Under the pieces are notes generated by a model. It was not told the DNA's origin and did not search any database. It saw only the letters and a list, made by a program, of their open reading frames with translations. This document shows, piece by piece, positions 19,355 through 29,635 of a stretch of DNA of 64,000 nucleotides. Position 1 is the first letter of the stretch, and each line of letters begins with the position of its first letter. The position numbers were made by a program, and so were the translations under genes. The stretch comes from Patescibacteria group bacterium (GTDB lineage: Bacteria > Patescibacteriota > Dojkabacteria > J137): assembly GCA_016861265.1 (NCBI GenBank), contig BOLA01000001.1, positions 1,023,745-1,087,744 of the forward strand. The letters run 5' to 3'.

Positions 19355-21715
19355 CTAGAGTTTAAAAAATCTTATTATAGGTACCTTTATTGCTTCGGTA
19401 AAATCAAAATAGACTAAACCTACAAGTAATACAAATGCAATTGAAGGCAATCCGATACTTTCAAATGTACCTGGTAAACCAAATAACGCTAACGCAAGTG
19501 CAACAATAAACGATAATGCAGATAATTGTATGAGCAACCTCGAAGGCCAGCTTGTCTTCGAAAGCAAACTCTTTCTAGTTCGTAGTGAGAATAGAATAAT
19601 TAACTCGGTTAATACCGATAACAAGAACCATTGCGTTTGAATGCTGTGGGGCAACTGATTTCTTACTAAGTAAAAGAATATAAAATCAAATAAAGAAGAT
19701 ATTAAACCAAATATTAGGGCAAACTTGAGTGTCTTTGCCATAGAATGGTGTTTAGGGCTCTTTAGTACTTCAGAATCTACATTATCACTAGCAATAGATA
19801 GTAAAGGAATATCTGTTAATAAATTTGAAATAAAAATTTGAATCGGAAGCATTGGTAAGAATTTTATAAATGCGGAAAGCACACCAATAGTAAAGAATCC
19901 TCCGAAATTGCCTGCTAAAGAATTTCTTAAATATTTATCAATGTTCTCGAATGCCAATCTTCCTTCTTTTATGCCGTTAATGATAACTTTTAAATCACCC
20001 GAAAGTAAGATAATGTCACTTTGTTCCTTTGCAATATCTGTTGCAGTATCTACAGCGATTCCAACATTTGCAAGTGCCAAAGATGGGGCGTCATTAATGC
20101 CATCTCCAAGATAGCCGACATAATGATTATTCTGAAGACATTCAATAATTTTGTATTTCTGTTCGGGATTACACCTAGTGAATACTGAATGTTTAGTAAT
20201 TTGCTCTACTAATTTGTCCGCATTATTAAAGTCTAGTTCTTCTGCGAGAACAACTTCATCGAAAGTCTTAATTAAGCCAACTTTTTGTGCAACGTATGCC
20301 GATACTTCTTTGGAATCTCCAGTGATTATTTTTATTGTAATTCCTAAATTTCTAGCTTCCTGTATTACTTTATCTGCGTCTTCTTTTATCTGATCAGAAA
20401 AAAAATAGGAACCTATATATTTTACTCGACTACCTTTTTTAAGTGCAAAAGATATTGCCCTTAATCCCTTTTGAGAATGCTCCTCAATCAATTTTCTTTC
20501 TTCTGGTTTATCGTTTTTTGTTATTCCAAATATATACTCGGGTGCTCCCTTTATAATTTCAAAGTCCTTAAACTTTCTGGCGGAAAATTTCTTTTCAGGA
20601 TCAAATGGAATTTCCTGCAACATAAATTCACTGTGATCAGCCACGTTATTTTCCTTTAGAAAAGTGAAAATGCACCTATCTAATAATTCAGTATTTTCCA
20701 CCGTTGATAAGTAGCTGTATTTAAGGAAATCGTCTTTATCAATTACTGAATGGTAAAAATCAATCGTGAGTTTATTAAGCGTTAGCGTTCCAGTTTTATC
20801 AGTACAAATTACATCAATATTTCCCAAATCTTCAATTGCTGAATTATGTTTTACAATAACTTTTTGATTACTTAGTTTTAGTGCACTTTTAGAAAGAGTA
20901 AGATTTGCCACAATTGGCAATGCTTCCGGAATAATTGCTACCGAGATTGCAATAGTAAAAAGTAGTAGACTTGTTATTCCTAATTCATGCTTAACAAACA
21001 CATTAACTGCAAAAATAATTAATATTGCAATTGCAGAAACAACCATAAACACTTTGCTTAATTTCTCAAGGTTCTTTTCGTATTCGCTTACTTTAACAGT
21101 AGATTCTGTAAGATAAGCAATCTGCCCCCATTTGCTGTCTTTGCCGGTTGCAAATACCTTTGCAGTACAGCTACCATTATTTATATAAGTTCCAGAGTAA
21201 ACTATTCCACTTTTCTGTCCTCTATGGTGTTTTAAGTTTATATGTTTATGTACTTCCTGGCTTTCTCCTGTAATTGCCGACTCGTCTACGGATAAATTAT
21301 CTTGCTCCAGAACAAAGGCATCTGCACATATAATGTCTCCCTTCTTAATATATATAATATCGCCGGGGACTACTGTAGATTTGTCTATTAGAACCTTGTG
21401 CCCATCTCTTAAAACCCAAACATGACTTCTTACAAGTTTTTCCAAATTCTTGAAAGTATTTTTTGCTCTATACTCTTGAACGAATCCGATTAAAGTATTA
21501 ATACTAACAATTAAAAGAATTATTAGTGCATCAATAATATTCCCCAATAGCAAAGAAATTATTGATGCTAATAATAGCAGTCCTATTAATGGTGACTTAA
21601 TCTGAGAAACTAATAATAAGAATAGACTCTTTTGCTTAATTGAAACTTCGTTGTGCCCGTGCAATCTTAGTGCCTTAGTAGCCTCCTTCCACGTTAGCCC
21701 TTTTATTTCGTTCAT
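19355..21715 (-). CDS. P-type cation-transporting ATPase (MgtA-like)
   Basis: TGES, PEALP, DKTGTLT, GDGINDAP. Confidence 0.92.
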   Translation of the reverse strand: MNEIKGLTWKEATKALRLHGHNEVSIKQKSLFLLLVSQIKSPLIGLLLLASIISLLLGNIIDALIILLIVSINTLIGFVQEYRAKNTFKNLEKLVRSHVWVLRDGHKVLIDKSTVVPGDIIYIKKGDIICADAFVLEQDNLSVDESAITGESQEVHKHINLKHHRGQKSGIVYSGTYINNGSCTAKVFATGKDSKWGQIAYLTESTVKVSEYEKNLEKLSKVFMVVSAIAILIIFAVNVFVKHELGITSLLLFTIAISVAIIPEALPIVANLTLSKSALKLSNQKVIVKHNSAIEDLGNIDVICTDKTGTLTLNKLTIDFYHSVIDKDDFLKYSYLSTVENTELLDRCIFTFLKENNVADHSEFMLQEIPFDPEKKFSARKFKDFEIIKGAPEYIFGITKNDKPEERKLIEEHSQKGLRAISFALKKGSRVKYIGSYFFSDQIKEDADKVIQEARNLGITIKIITGDSKEVSAYVAQKVGLIKTFDEVVLAEELDFNNADKLVEQITKHSVFTRCNPEQKYKIIECLQNNHYVGYLGDGINDAPSLALANVGIAVDTATDIAKEQSDIILLSGDLKVIINGIKEGRLAFENIDKYLRNSLAGNFGGFFTIGVLSAFIKFLPMLPIQIFISNLLTDIPLLSIASDNVDSEVLKSPKHHSMAKTLKFALIFGLISSLFDFIFFYLVRNQLPHSIQTQWFLLSVLTELIILFSLRTRKSLLSKTSWPSRLLIQLSALSFIVALALALFGLPGTFESIGLPSIAFVLLVGLVYFDFTEAIKVPIIRFFKL

Positions 21716-21716
21716 A

Positions 21717-22742
21717 TTATCTAAGTAGTATTGATAGATAATCTCCGCTTATGGAAAGTCCAATTTGACTAATATTCTTATCTAGTATTAATGAATTTGT
21801 GCTTAGCTCATTAATTATTAGTGCCTCATTTTTATCTTTTATATTCATGTTTATTTCAGTAACACACTCTATCTGAGCCTGGGAACATCTTTCTTTGTAC
21901 GATAGTCCATTTGATTCGATAGTCGAAGCCTTTTGGTTAATGTCCATCCACACTGCGTGTCCAAGTGTTAAATTATTTAATGTGTCGTCTATTTTAAGAG
22001 TATTCAGAGTATTCTCCGCTCTGAACCTATTTAAATCACAGATAATCTGAAGATTGAGTAGTCCTGAATCACATCCGACATTAAGTTCCGGATCTTCACT
22101 GTCGTTAACTTGAATAACAGCGTTATTCACAGAAGACAAATCCAAAGAAATACTGCTTAAAGAAGATGGTGCTAAATCAATATCTTTTAGTAATTGAATA
22201 AGGTTTGTATAGTTTCTGTTAAGAACGAAATCATCTGTATTTATTTCACTGGTTTTAAAATTGTCCACAAGCCATAATGCTGTCTGATTCGCGGATGCAA
22301 TAATTGCTTCCTTATATATAGCCTTGCCACTTAGTACATAAATTTTAATTGGATTCGAATTAATAATATATTCGCCAGCCGATAGCTCTACGGAAATTAA
22401 TGGGGATAATTTAAGACTTAATGCGTCAATGTTTTTTATAAAAAAGACTCCCGATGCTGTTAAATGGGATTTACCGGTAAAGTTTGCTTTTATATCTTGA
22501 GATACCAGAGTAGTAACATCGTCTTTAATCTTTACCGATTCAGCAGTTTGAATATCCTGTGTATAACTATATGTATTTACACCGGAATTTGTAAATGCGG
22601 TGATTGGTTTACTGCCCAAGCTATTGGCCAAAAATCCATTAGGATTGCTGACTGAAAAGTATAGTGTTAAAACAAATGATATTAAGAAAACAACAAGAGC
22701 AAATGTTGTTATTGTTTTTTGTATTAAATTCAAGTTAAACAT
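21717..22742 (-). CDS. Membrane-anchored protein with a degenerate C-terminal CAP/SCP domain
   Basis: N-terminal TM helix; LNRFRAENTLNTLKIDDTLNNLTLGHAVWM...ILDKNISQIGLSI. Confidence 0.6.
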   Translation of the reverse strand: MFNLNLIQKTITTFALVVFLISFVLTLYFSVSNPNGFLANSLGSKPITAFTNSGVNTYSYTQDIQTAESVKIKDDVTTLVSQDIKANFTGKSHLTASGVFFIKNIDALSLKLSPLISVELSAGEYIINSNPIKIYVLSGKAIYKEAIIASANQTALWLVDNFKTSEINTDDFVLNRNYTNLIQLLKDIDLAPSSLSSISLDLSSVNNAVIQVNDSEDPELNVGCDSGLLNLQIICDLNRFRAENTLNTLKIDDTLNNLTLGHAVWMDINQKASTIESNGLSYKERCSQAQIECVTEINMNIKDKNEALIINELSTNSLILDKNISQIGLSISGDYLSILLR

Positions 22743-22874
22743 AATCAACAATATAATATCAGTATTTGCTTTTAAGTTAAATTGAGATAGGCTTACTTCT
22801 TGTTTAAAAATAGCAAAAATTGTATTATCAAATCGTTTAAATGTAATACAACATTAATTTTTTATAAAATTACT

Positions 22875-23519
22875 ATGGCAAATATTGATAGAAAACCAAG
22901 CAAAATTATGCCGAATCTTCAGCATATATTACCTGCATATGCTAATAAAGAGGATGGTGTAGTTAATGCTCTTGTGGAAATAAATGCTACAAGTAGGTAC
23001 AAATTTGAATTAATCACCGAAACTGGCCACATAAAATTAGATAGAGTCGGATATTCAAGTTTGGTTTATCCTCTAGCCTATGGATTAATTCCAATGACAT
23101 GGGATCTAGACGGTGATTTGTTGGATATTGTTATTGCGGGTATTGATGAACCTTTGCCAGCTGGTTGTTTAGTTGAAGCTAGAGTAATAGGAATAATGAA
23201 GTTTATAGATGGAGGCGAAGAAGATGATAAAGTAATTGCAGTATTAAACGACGATAAAAGAATGAATCATATTAAAACAGTAGAAGATTTAGGAGAGCAC
23301 ATGCAAAAGGAATTGGCTTACTACTTTGAGCATTACAAAGATCTGAAAAAACCAGGTACAGGTGAAGTTAAAGGATTCTTAAATTCAGAAGAAGCCCACA
23401 AAACAATAGCTGAATGCGAACAAAGATATAACAGTGACTACGCACCAAAGTTATGCAATTGTGATCATTGTGAAGAATGTAAACAAGATGGAAACTGCTG
23501 TGGAAATTGTGAGTGTTAA
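22875..23519 (+). CDS. ppa: Family I inorganic pyrophosphatase with a Cys-rich tail
   Basis: KLDR, YPLAYGLIP, DGDLLD, DGGEEDDK, FEHYK. Confidence 0.93.
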   Translation: MANIDRKPSKIMPNLQHILPAYANKEDGVVNALVEINATSRYKFELITETGHIKLDRVGYSSLVYPLAYGLIPMTWDLDGDLLDIVIAGIDEPLPAGCLVEARVIGIMKFIDGGEEDDKVIAVLNDDKRMNHIKTVEDLGEHMQKELAYYFEHYKDLKKPGTGEVKGFLNSEEAHKTIAECEQRYNSDYAPKLCNCDHCEECKQDGNCCGNCEC

Positions 23520-23543
23520 CTGAAGCTGACTTTTGCACTAAAG

Positions 23544-23579
23544 AAGCCCGAAGAGAATATTATTCTTCTCGGGCTTTTT
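23544..23579 (+). terminator. Intrinsic terminator after ppa
   Basis: AGCCCGAAGAGAAT...ATTCTTCTCGGGCT followed by a T run. Confidence 0.75.
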
Positions 23580-23660
23580 ACGTGCTTGTTAAGTTTATTC
23601 TTATTATAGACCTAAACTTGAAAATTTCCAATAGATTTTGACAGAATTTAAAATAAAGTT

Positions 23661-23687
23661 AAAAAAGCCGGCCTGGGGTCGGCTTTT
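23661..23687 (-). terminator. Intrinsic terminator of the ABC transporter gene
   Basis: AAAAAAGCCGGCC-TGG-GGTCGGCTTTT. Confidence 0.7.
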
Positions 23688-23705
23688 AACCTTCGCTAAT
23701 TTATC

Positions 23706-25520
23706 TTAAATATATCCTTTTGCCTGGGTGTTAAAGGCTTCGGCATATTTGCCATTAATATCAAGTAACTCTGAATGGGTACCCTGCTCCACAATTTGAC
23801 CTTTGTCCAACACGTATATTTTGTCTGCCTTACGAACGGTTGAAAACCTATGCGAAACAATTATTACTGATTTTCCAATAGAAAACTCATAAAGTCTTTC
23901 AAATATTTCAAATTCAGCTTTTGCATCTATTGCGCTTGTTGGTTCATCTAATATAAGAATAGGTGCGTCTCTAAAGAATGCTCTAGCTAATGCAATTCTC
24001 TGCCATTGTCCGCCTGAAGGATTAATTCCTCCCTCAATTGATTTATCTAAAATCTGCTCGATTCCTTTTGAATAAGCTTCTACAAAGTTTTGTGCGTCTG
24101 CCTTAAAAATGGCTTCTTCGACTTTTTGTTTATCTCCAATATTTTTTAAATCCCCAAGTTCCACATTAGTTTTTACATCGAATTGAGAGTATCTAATAAA
24201 GTCTTGGAACAATACTCCAATTTTTGTATATAAACTTTCAAATGTTAAGTCCTTAATATTTGTACCATCAATAAGAATTTCCCCCTCTGTTACATCGTAA
24301 AATCTGCAAAGTAACTTTATTAATGTTGTTTTTCCTGCTCCATTAACTCCTACAAGGGCTATTCTCTCACCTGGATTTATTGTTAAGTTAAAATTCTTTA
24401 AAATATAAACATCAGCATTCGTATATTTAAACCAAACATCTTTAAATTCTATTAATGGTGCTCTGCCTGTAGCCTGAGCATTAACTGAACCTTCCTTTAT
24501 TGTATTTTCCAAATTTAAGAATTTAAAGAAATCTACCAAGTACAAACTATCTTCGTATTGGGAACTTAAATACCTAAAGAAACTGGCTAGTGAATTAGAA
24601 AAACTATTAGTGGACGCTACATAAAATGTCAGTAAGCCCAATGTTATTTCTCCATTCAGGGTTGCAACAATTGCAATAATCCAGAAACCTAAAGAACCAA
24701 GTGTGCTTAAGTTACCAAATATAGATTCAAGAAATGCACGTTTTACCTGGTTTTTCTTTTCCTTATCTGTAAAACTGCTATAAATATTCTTGACTAGATT
24801 TAGCAAGTATTGCTGAGTTCTGAATATTCTTAATTCCATTATAGAATCTTCCCTGCTTAGTACATCTTTTGCCCACCAATACTTTCTTCTATCAAGAGAG
24901 CTACCGTCCCAGATATCCCAAGATTCGCTGCCTAGTTTAATATTAGCTATTAACCCTGGAATTGTAGTGGCAAGAACTAGTAAAAACGCCGGTAGTGAGA
25001 AGGTCAAAACAATAACTATACTCGAAATTATCTTTACAAAGTCACCCAGCATCCATACAAATCTATTAGCTACATTTGAAGGTTTATAGTCGTACATGTC
25101 TTTGACTTTTTGAATAAGATTATTGGTCTTATTGTCTTCAAAATGGTACATGTCTAGTTCAGATATCTTTTTTAGGAATATACCTTCTATGTGTTTTCTA
25201 ACTGAAAAATAGTGACTTTTTTCTGCCAAGGCAAAACAAGCCCAGCAAATCTTATCGATTACGGTTATAACTATAATAGCAATTAAAAACGTAATTAAAG
25301 TGCTGAAAACCCTATCCTGCTGTGCAACTGTAAGTAGGTAGACTATCTCGTCAATAACCTTACTATCCAGGAAGTTAATTGCAAATGGCGTTAATGAGAC
25401 TATTAAAAGGCATACTAATAAACCAATAAACGACAGTTTATCGGCCATAAAGGTAAGCTTTATAATCTTTATAAATGCTTTTAGAATTTCTTTTTTACTT
25501 TTTGTAGTTTGTTTTTCCAT
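23706..25520 (-). CDS. ABC exporter (fused TMD-NBD)
   Basis: GVNGAGKT, PSGGQWQR, ILDEPTSAID, VSHR. Confidence 0.93.
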   Translation of the reverse strand: MEKQTTKSKKEILKAFIKIIKLTFMADKLSFIGLLVCLLIVSLTPFAINFLDSKVIDEIVYLLTVAQQDRVFSTLITFLIAIIVITVIDKICWACFALAEKSHYFSVRKHIEGIFLKKISELDMYHFEDNKTNNLIQKVKDMYDYKPSNVANRFVWMLGDFVKIISSIVIVLTFSLPAFLLVLATTIPGLIANIKLGSESWDIWDGSSLDRRKYWWAKDVLSREDSIMELRIFRTQQYLLNLVKNIYSSFTDKEKKNQVKRAFLESIFGNLSTLGSLGFWIIAIVATLNGEITLGLLTFYVASTNSFSNSLASFFRYLSSQYEDSLYLVDFFKFLNLENTIKEGSVNAQATGRAPLIEFKDVWFKYTNADVYILKNFNLTINPGERIALVGVNGAGKTTLIKLLCRFYDVTEGEILIDGTNIKDLTFESLYTKIGVLFQDFIRYSQFDVKTNVELGDLKNIGDKQKVEEAIFKADAQNFVEAYSKGIEQILDKSIEGGINPSGGQWQRIALARAFFRDAPILILDEPTSAIDAKAEFEIFERLYEFSIGKSVIIVSHRFSTVRKADKIYVLDKGQIVEQGTHSELLDINGKYAEAFNTQAKGYI

Positions 25521-25625
25521 CTCGGCATTATAACTCCAATTATTAATTTCAGTCTATATCTTTATTATATATACATTTAATTTAGATAAACGATTAAAAT
25601 AGGAAATAAACTAAAAATAATAACA

Positions 25626-26579
25626 ATGAAAAATTTAGTTAAAATTCTACTGATACTTATAATAATAGTTTCTATAGTATGTATTCCACCACTAGTTATA
25701 CAGCTTCCTAGTGCCGAATTCAATTCTTCGCAGGACTCAGTTACATCTTCAGATATAGGTGAATTCATTAATATAGATGGTATTTTAGTTTATGTTGAAG
25801 ATCTTAACTCAAACTCAGATAAGGTAATAACTTTTATCCACGGTTTTGGAGGATCGACCTATTCATGGCGTAACAATAAGCAGTACTTTGCAGAAAATGG
25901 CTTTAGGGTAATATTAATGGATCTTAAAGGCTTTGGATTATCGCAAAAAGGAATAAATCTTGACTATTCACATGGTTCTCAAGCAGATCTTGTAAAAGGC
26001 CTATTAGATTACCTTCAAGTTAGTAATACTATTCTGGTTGGTCATAGCATGGGAGGCAACATTGCAACAGCTCTTACTCAAAAATACCCAGAAATTGTAA
26101 CTAAACTTGTGCTTGTGGATGCTGCAGTTAATGATTCTGCGTACCCCGGAATAAGTAAGATTCTAGGTGTTTTTCCGTTTCAGAACTGGGCGGAAATAAT
26201 CGCTAATGCATATTTTACAAAAGACAGGTTCAAGTCGTTGCTGCAATCAGCTTATCTTAAATCGGACTTTGTAACAGAAGATATACTAGATAATTATTAT
26301 CGACCGTTAAAAATTGAAGGGTGGCAAGGAACCCTGGTAGGCATAATACGAGACAGTAGTCAGAACACTCTTCCAGGTAGTTTATCCACACTTACAAAAC
26401 CCACACTAATTCTTTGGGGCGATAAAGACCCGTGGATAAACATATCTAAAGGTACAGATTTAAATGCAAAAATTGTAAATTCTGCCTTTATTAAGATAGA
26501 AAATTCCGGTCATTTACCAATGGAGGAAAACCCTGATAGTTTTAATAGTATTCTTCTTGATTATGCCAATGGTATATAG
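25626..26579 (+). CDS. Membrane-anchored alpha/beta hydrolase
   Basis: HGFGG, GHSMGG, GDKD, SGH. Confidence 0.92.
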   Translation: MKNLVKILLILIIIVSIVCIPPLVIQLPSAEFNSSQDSVTSSDIGEFINIDGILVYVEDLNSNSDKVITFIHGFGGSTYSWRNNKQYFAENGFRVILMDLKGFGLSQKGINLDYSHGSQADLVKGLLDYLQVSNTILVGHSMGGNIATALTQKYPEIVTKLVLVDAAVNDSAYPGISKILGVFPFQNWAEIIANAYFTKDRFKSLLQSAYLKSDFVTEDILDNYYRPLKIEGWQGTLVGIIRDSSQNTLPGSLSTLTKPTLILWGDKDPWINISKGTDLNAKIVNSAFIKIENSGHLPMEENPDSFNSILLDYANGI

Positions 26580-26644
26580 ATAAGTGTTATACTATGCAAA
26601 TATCAATTTATTAGAGGATTAATCACAAAGATTTGACTTAAATT

Positions 26645-27814
26645 ATGAACCAAGGAATTATTCTACAAAGAGGAAAAGAAAGACCAATTAAAGACAAACA
26701 CCACTGGATATTTTCAGGAGCAATAGCTAAGGCTCCGAACTATAGCAATGGAGATATTCTACCTGTTTATTCCGCATCAGGAGAGCTGCTAGGTCACGCG
26801 ATGATGAATAAAGATACATCTATTGCTGCAAGAATGATTAACTTTGATTCAACAGATCCCGTATCCTCTATAAAATTAAATATAAAAAGAGCTATTAAAT
26901 ATAGACAGGAACTTTTTAGAGATCAGAATACAAACGCCTATAGATTGATTAATGGTGAGGGAGATAATTTGTCTGGCCTAGTAATTGATAAGTATAACAA
27001 TGTATTAGTAGTTCAAATTGTGAGTACAGGAATGGATAAACTAATTAACGAAATAGTATCGGTCCTTACTAATGAGTTGAATGTAGATTGTATTTACGAG
27101 AAATCAACTATTGGAGCAAGGAAGAAAGAAGGCTTACCAGATGTGGAAAGAATATTATTCGGGAAGCTGCCAGAAAAGGTTGAAATACTCGAAAATGGTG
27201 TGAAATTTTTAGTTGATATAAAGAACTCTCAAAAGACCGGTCTGTTTCTTGATCAAAGGGAAATGAGAAAGCTTGTGGGAGAATTTGCAAAGGATAGAAC
27301 TGTACTGAATTGTTTTAGTTATACTGGTGGTTTTAGCTTATACGCGGCAATTAATGGAGCAAGGAAAGTTGTTAGCGTAGATATTGCACAAGATGCTGTA
27401 AACCTATCTAAGGACAATTTTGTTGCAAATAAAATAAGCACTGATAATCACGAATTTAGAGCAGTAGATGCATTCGATTACCTACATAATCAGGAACTAA
27501 ATTTTGATTTTATAATCTTAGATCCTCCAGCATTCGCAAAGAAACGTGAGGATATTCCTAATGCTCGAAGAGGTTATTTAGATATTAATAAGACCGCCTT
27601 AAGAAAAATGCCTTCCAATTCTTTTCTTCTAACTTGTTCATGTTCGTACCATATGGATCAAAGAATGTTCGAAGATATAATAAAACAAGCAGCACTTGAA
27701 ACCGGTAGAAAGGTTAAAATCATTGCTAAGCATAGGTTAGCGAGCGATCATCCTCTCAATATTTTTCACAACGAAATGGACTATTTAAAGAGTCTTCTTT
27801 TGTATATTGATTAA
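26645..27814 (+). CDS. rlmI: 23S rRNA m5C1962 methyltransferase (RlmI-like)
   Basis: HHWIFSG PUA domain, QKTGLFLDQR, FSYTGGF, LDPPAF, TCSCS. Confidence 0.9.
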   Translation: MNQGIILQRGKERPIKDKHHWIFSGAIAKAPNYSNGDILPVYSASGELLGHAMMNKDTSIAARMINFDSTDPVSSIKLNIKRAIKYRQELFRDQNTNAYRLINGEGDNLSGLVIDKYNNVLVVQIVSTGMDKLINEIVSVLTNELNVDCIYEKSTIGARKKEGLPDVERILFGKLPEKVEILENGVKFLVDIKNSQKTGLFLDQREMRKLVGEFAKDRTVLNCFSYTGGFSLYAAINGARKVVSVDIAQDAVNLSKDNFVANKISTDNHEFRAVDAFDYLHNQELNFDFIILDPPAFAKKREDIPNARRGYLDINKTALRKMPSNSFLLTCSCSYHMDQRMFEDIIKQAALETGRKVKIIAKHRLASDHPLNIFHNEMDYLKSLLLYID

Positions 27815-27917
27815 TCCTGAATTTATTAGGTAACAATTATATAAAAATTACTATAGGCCAAATATCCCTTGCTATACTTGTATAAAACAATACAACATAT
27901 TTTATTTATATCTTTTT

Positions 27918-29225
27918 ATGAGAGAACGTAAAAGTATTTTCAGAAAAGCAATTTATGCCTTTCTGAGCGCTATTTTACTTACCCTCGTAACTACTCCATT
28001 CCTGTTAAAAGCAGATGATGGTGTAGATACGACGCCCCCTGAGATTGGTTATGGATATCAAACTCCTGTCGATGGTTCTATAGTTCAAGGTACTATTGTA
28101 CTTGATGCTAATTTCAATGACGAACAAGGTCTTGCTTATGCAGGAATTGGTTTAGGAAACTCCGAAACCTACTACCTTTACTGTTTCTTTGGAACAGATG
28201 AAGGAATTCTTGAGAGCGGTTATCAGTCATGTTCTGTAGATACAACTGTAATTCCAAACGGATATTACGAAGTAGTTTACTGGGCAATGAATTCAGCTGG
28301 ACTAGAATCTACAACTATTGTAGGTGGAGTTAGAATTTTAAATGTGGACAACCCTGTACTAGATACAGAAGCTCCAGAGTTTTCCTTAAAGGATGTAACT
28401 AGAGATGAAAACGAACAAGTTCCTGGTTACAGTGAATTTATTCAATCAAACCCAGAAGGATTAACTCCTGTATGTTCTGGATTAGATAATTCAACATACT
28501 ATGTGGCTCAACCTCACGGAAATATTTTAGTACCTGTAAGTTGTACAGTAACTGATGCGGCAGGTAATTCAACAACTGCAACAGCCAACTTGATAGTAAA
28601 TAATGTACAACCTCAAGTTGTAATTATTGCAATGCCATCAACAAATGTAACAGCAGGCAATTCAATAACATTAACTGCAAATATTTTGCATGGAAATGGA
28701 AGCTTTAACTATTACTGGACCGGAGCCTGCAGTGGCAATGGGAGTCAGATTAATACAGGCTTAACATCTTCTGTAGTTGCAAATTATTCAGCAGGATCTT
28801 ACCTATGTGGAATTGTAGTTACTGATTCTGATGGAGATGTTGTTGGAGCATCCGTACAATTAGATTTCCTAAATGGAACAGTAAATTCAACAGACAATAA
28901 TTCAACAAACAATACGAATACAGATACTACTTCAGAAAATAATGAAGCTGAAGATACTAATTCTAGCGAATCCACAGAGACCGAAACAGAATCTACTGAT
29001 GGACAAGTAGAAGGTGTTAATACAGATTCACCTGCAAGTAGTTCACAAGACGAAGCACAGCCTGTAAATACAACTAATGCAACAGACTCTACGAACTCAA
29101 CTTCTGGTACATCACCTGTTGTAATTATTTGCTTAGTGGCTGGAGGAATATTAATTATCGGTTTGCTTTTATTCTTATTCTTTAGAGGAGAAGATGACGA
29201 AGAAACTGAGGCTGCAGCTAGCTAA
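27918..29225 (+). CDS. Cell-surface protein: signal peptide, Ig-like domains, S/T/E/N-rich stalk, C-terminal TM helix
   Basis: DTTPP and DTEAP...TVTDAAGNS Ig-type motifs, low-complexity linker, hydrophobic anchor and acidic tail. Confidence 0.75.
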   Translation: MRERKSIFRKAIYAFLSAILLTLVTTPFLLKADDGVDTTPPEIGYGYQTPVDGSIVQGTIVLDANFNDEQGLAYAGIGLGNSETYYLYCFFGTDEGILESGYQSCSVDTTVIPNGYYEVVYWAMNSAGLESTTIVGGVRILNVDNPVLDTEAPEFSLKDVTRDENEQVPGYSEFIQSNPEGLTPVCSGLDNSTYYVAQPHGNILVPVSCTVTDAAGNSTTATANLIVNNVQPQVVIIAMPSTNVTAGNSITLTANILHGNGSFNYYWTGACSGNGSQINTGLTSSVVANYSAGSYLCGIVVTDSDGDVVGASVQLDFLNGTVNSTDNNSTNNTNTDTTSENNEAEDTNSSESTETETESTDGQVEGVNTDSPASSSQDEAQPVNTTNATDSTNSTSGTSPVVIICLVAGGILIIGLLLFLFFRGEDDEETEAAAS

Positions 29226-29249
29226 TTAATAGTAAATAGAAATTATTAC

Positions 29250-29273
29250 AAGGCTCCGAAAGGAGCCTTTTTT
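29250..29273 (+). terminator. Intrinsic terminator
   Basis: AAGGCTCC-GAAA-GGAGCCTTTTTT. Confidence 0.9.
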
Positions 29274-29461
29274 ATTGACCTTCTTGAAAACTTTGCTTGT
29301 TAACGCCTCATGAAGAAGTATTTAGAACTTTGCTATTCCATTATAGTGTCAAAATATTCTACTATAGATTTTCTTTCTACTTCTTTCAAAATTAAAACTA
29401 CGCTTGCTATGTGGGTATATATCTGTGCTAAAATCTCATGTCCAGTTGTTAATTCAGAAGC

Positions 29462-29635
29462 ATGTACGATACAAATAATTCTCAAATCTTAGGTACTAGT
29501 GCAGTATCAGTTCCCGCACTAATTGCTCTGGGAGTTGAGCCAACCTTTGCGATACTAATTTGCGTTGCCATTTTCATTGTACTATTCATCTTTTTTATTG
29601 CATATAAATATAGAAATAGAAATAAGACAAGATGA
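29462..29635 (+). CDS. Small single-TM protein (57 aa) coupled to the GT2 gene
   Basis: MYDTNNSQILGTSAVSVPALIALGVEPTFAILICVAIFIVLFIFFIAYKYRNRNKTR*. Its TGA overlaps the GT2 ATG (ATGA). Confidence 0.7.
   Translation: MYDTNNSQILGTSAVSVPALIALGVEPTFAILICVAIFIVLFIFFIAYKYRNRNKTR

Noticed and set aside
28880-29110. Low-complexity repeats as a DNA repeat array
   Set aside because: Explained by the S/T/N/E-rich protein stalk; there is no fixed-length nucleotide repeat.
29310-29492. 60-aa ORF in the track
   Set aside because: No recognisable features; it overlaps the better-supported coupled small ORF at 29462-29635.
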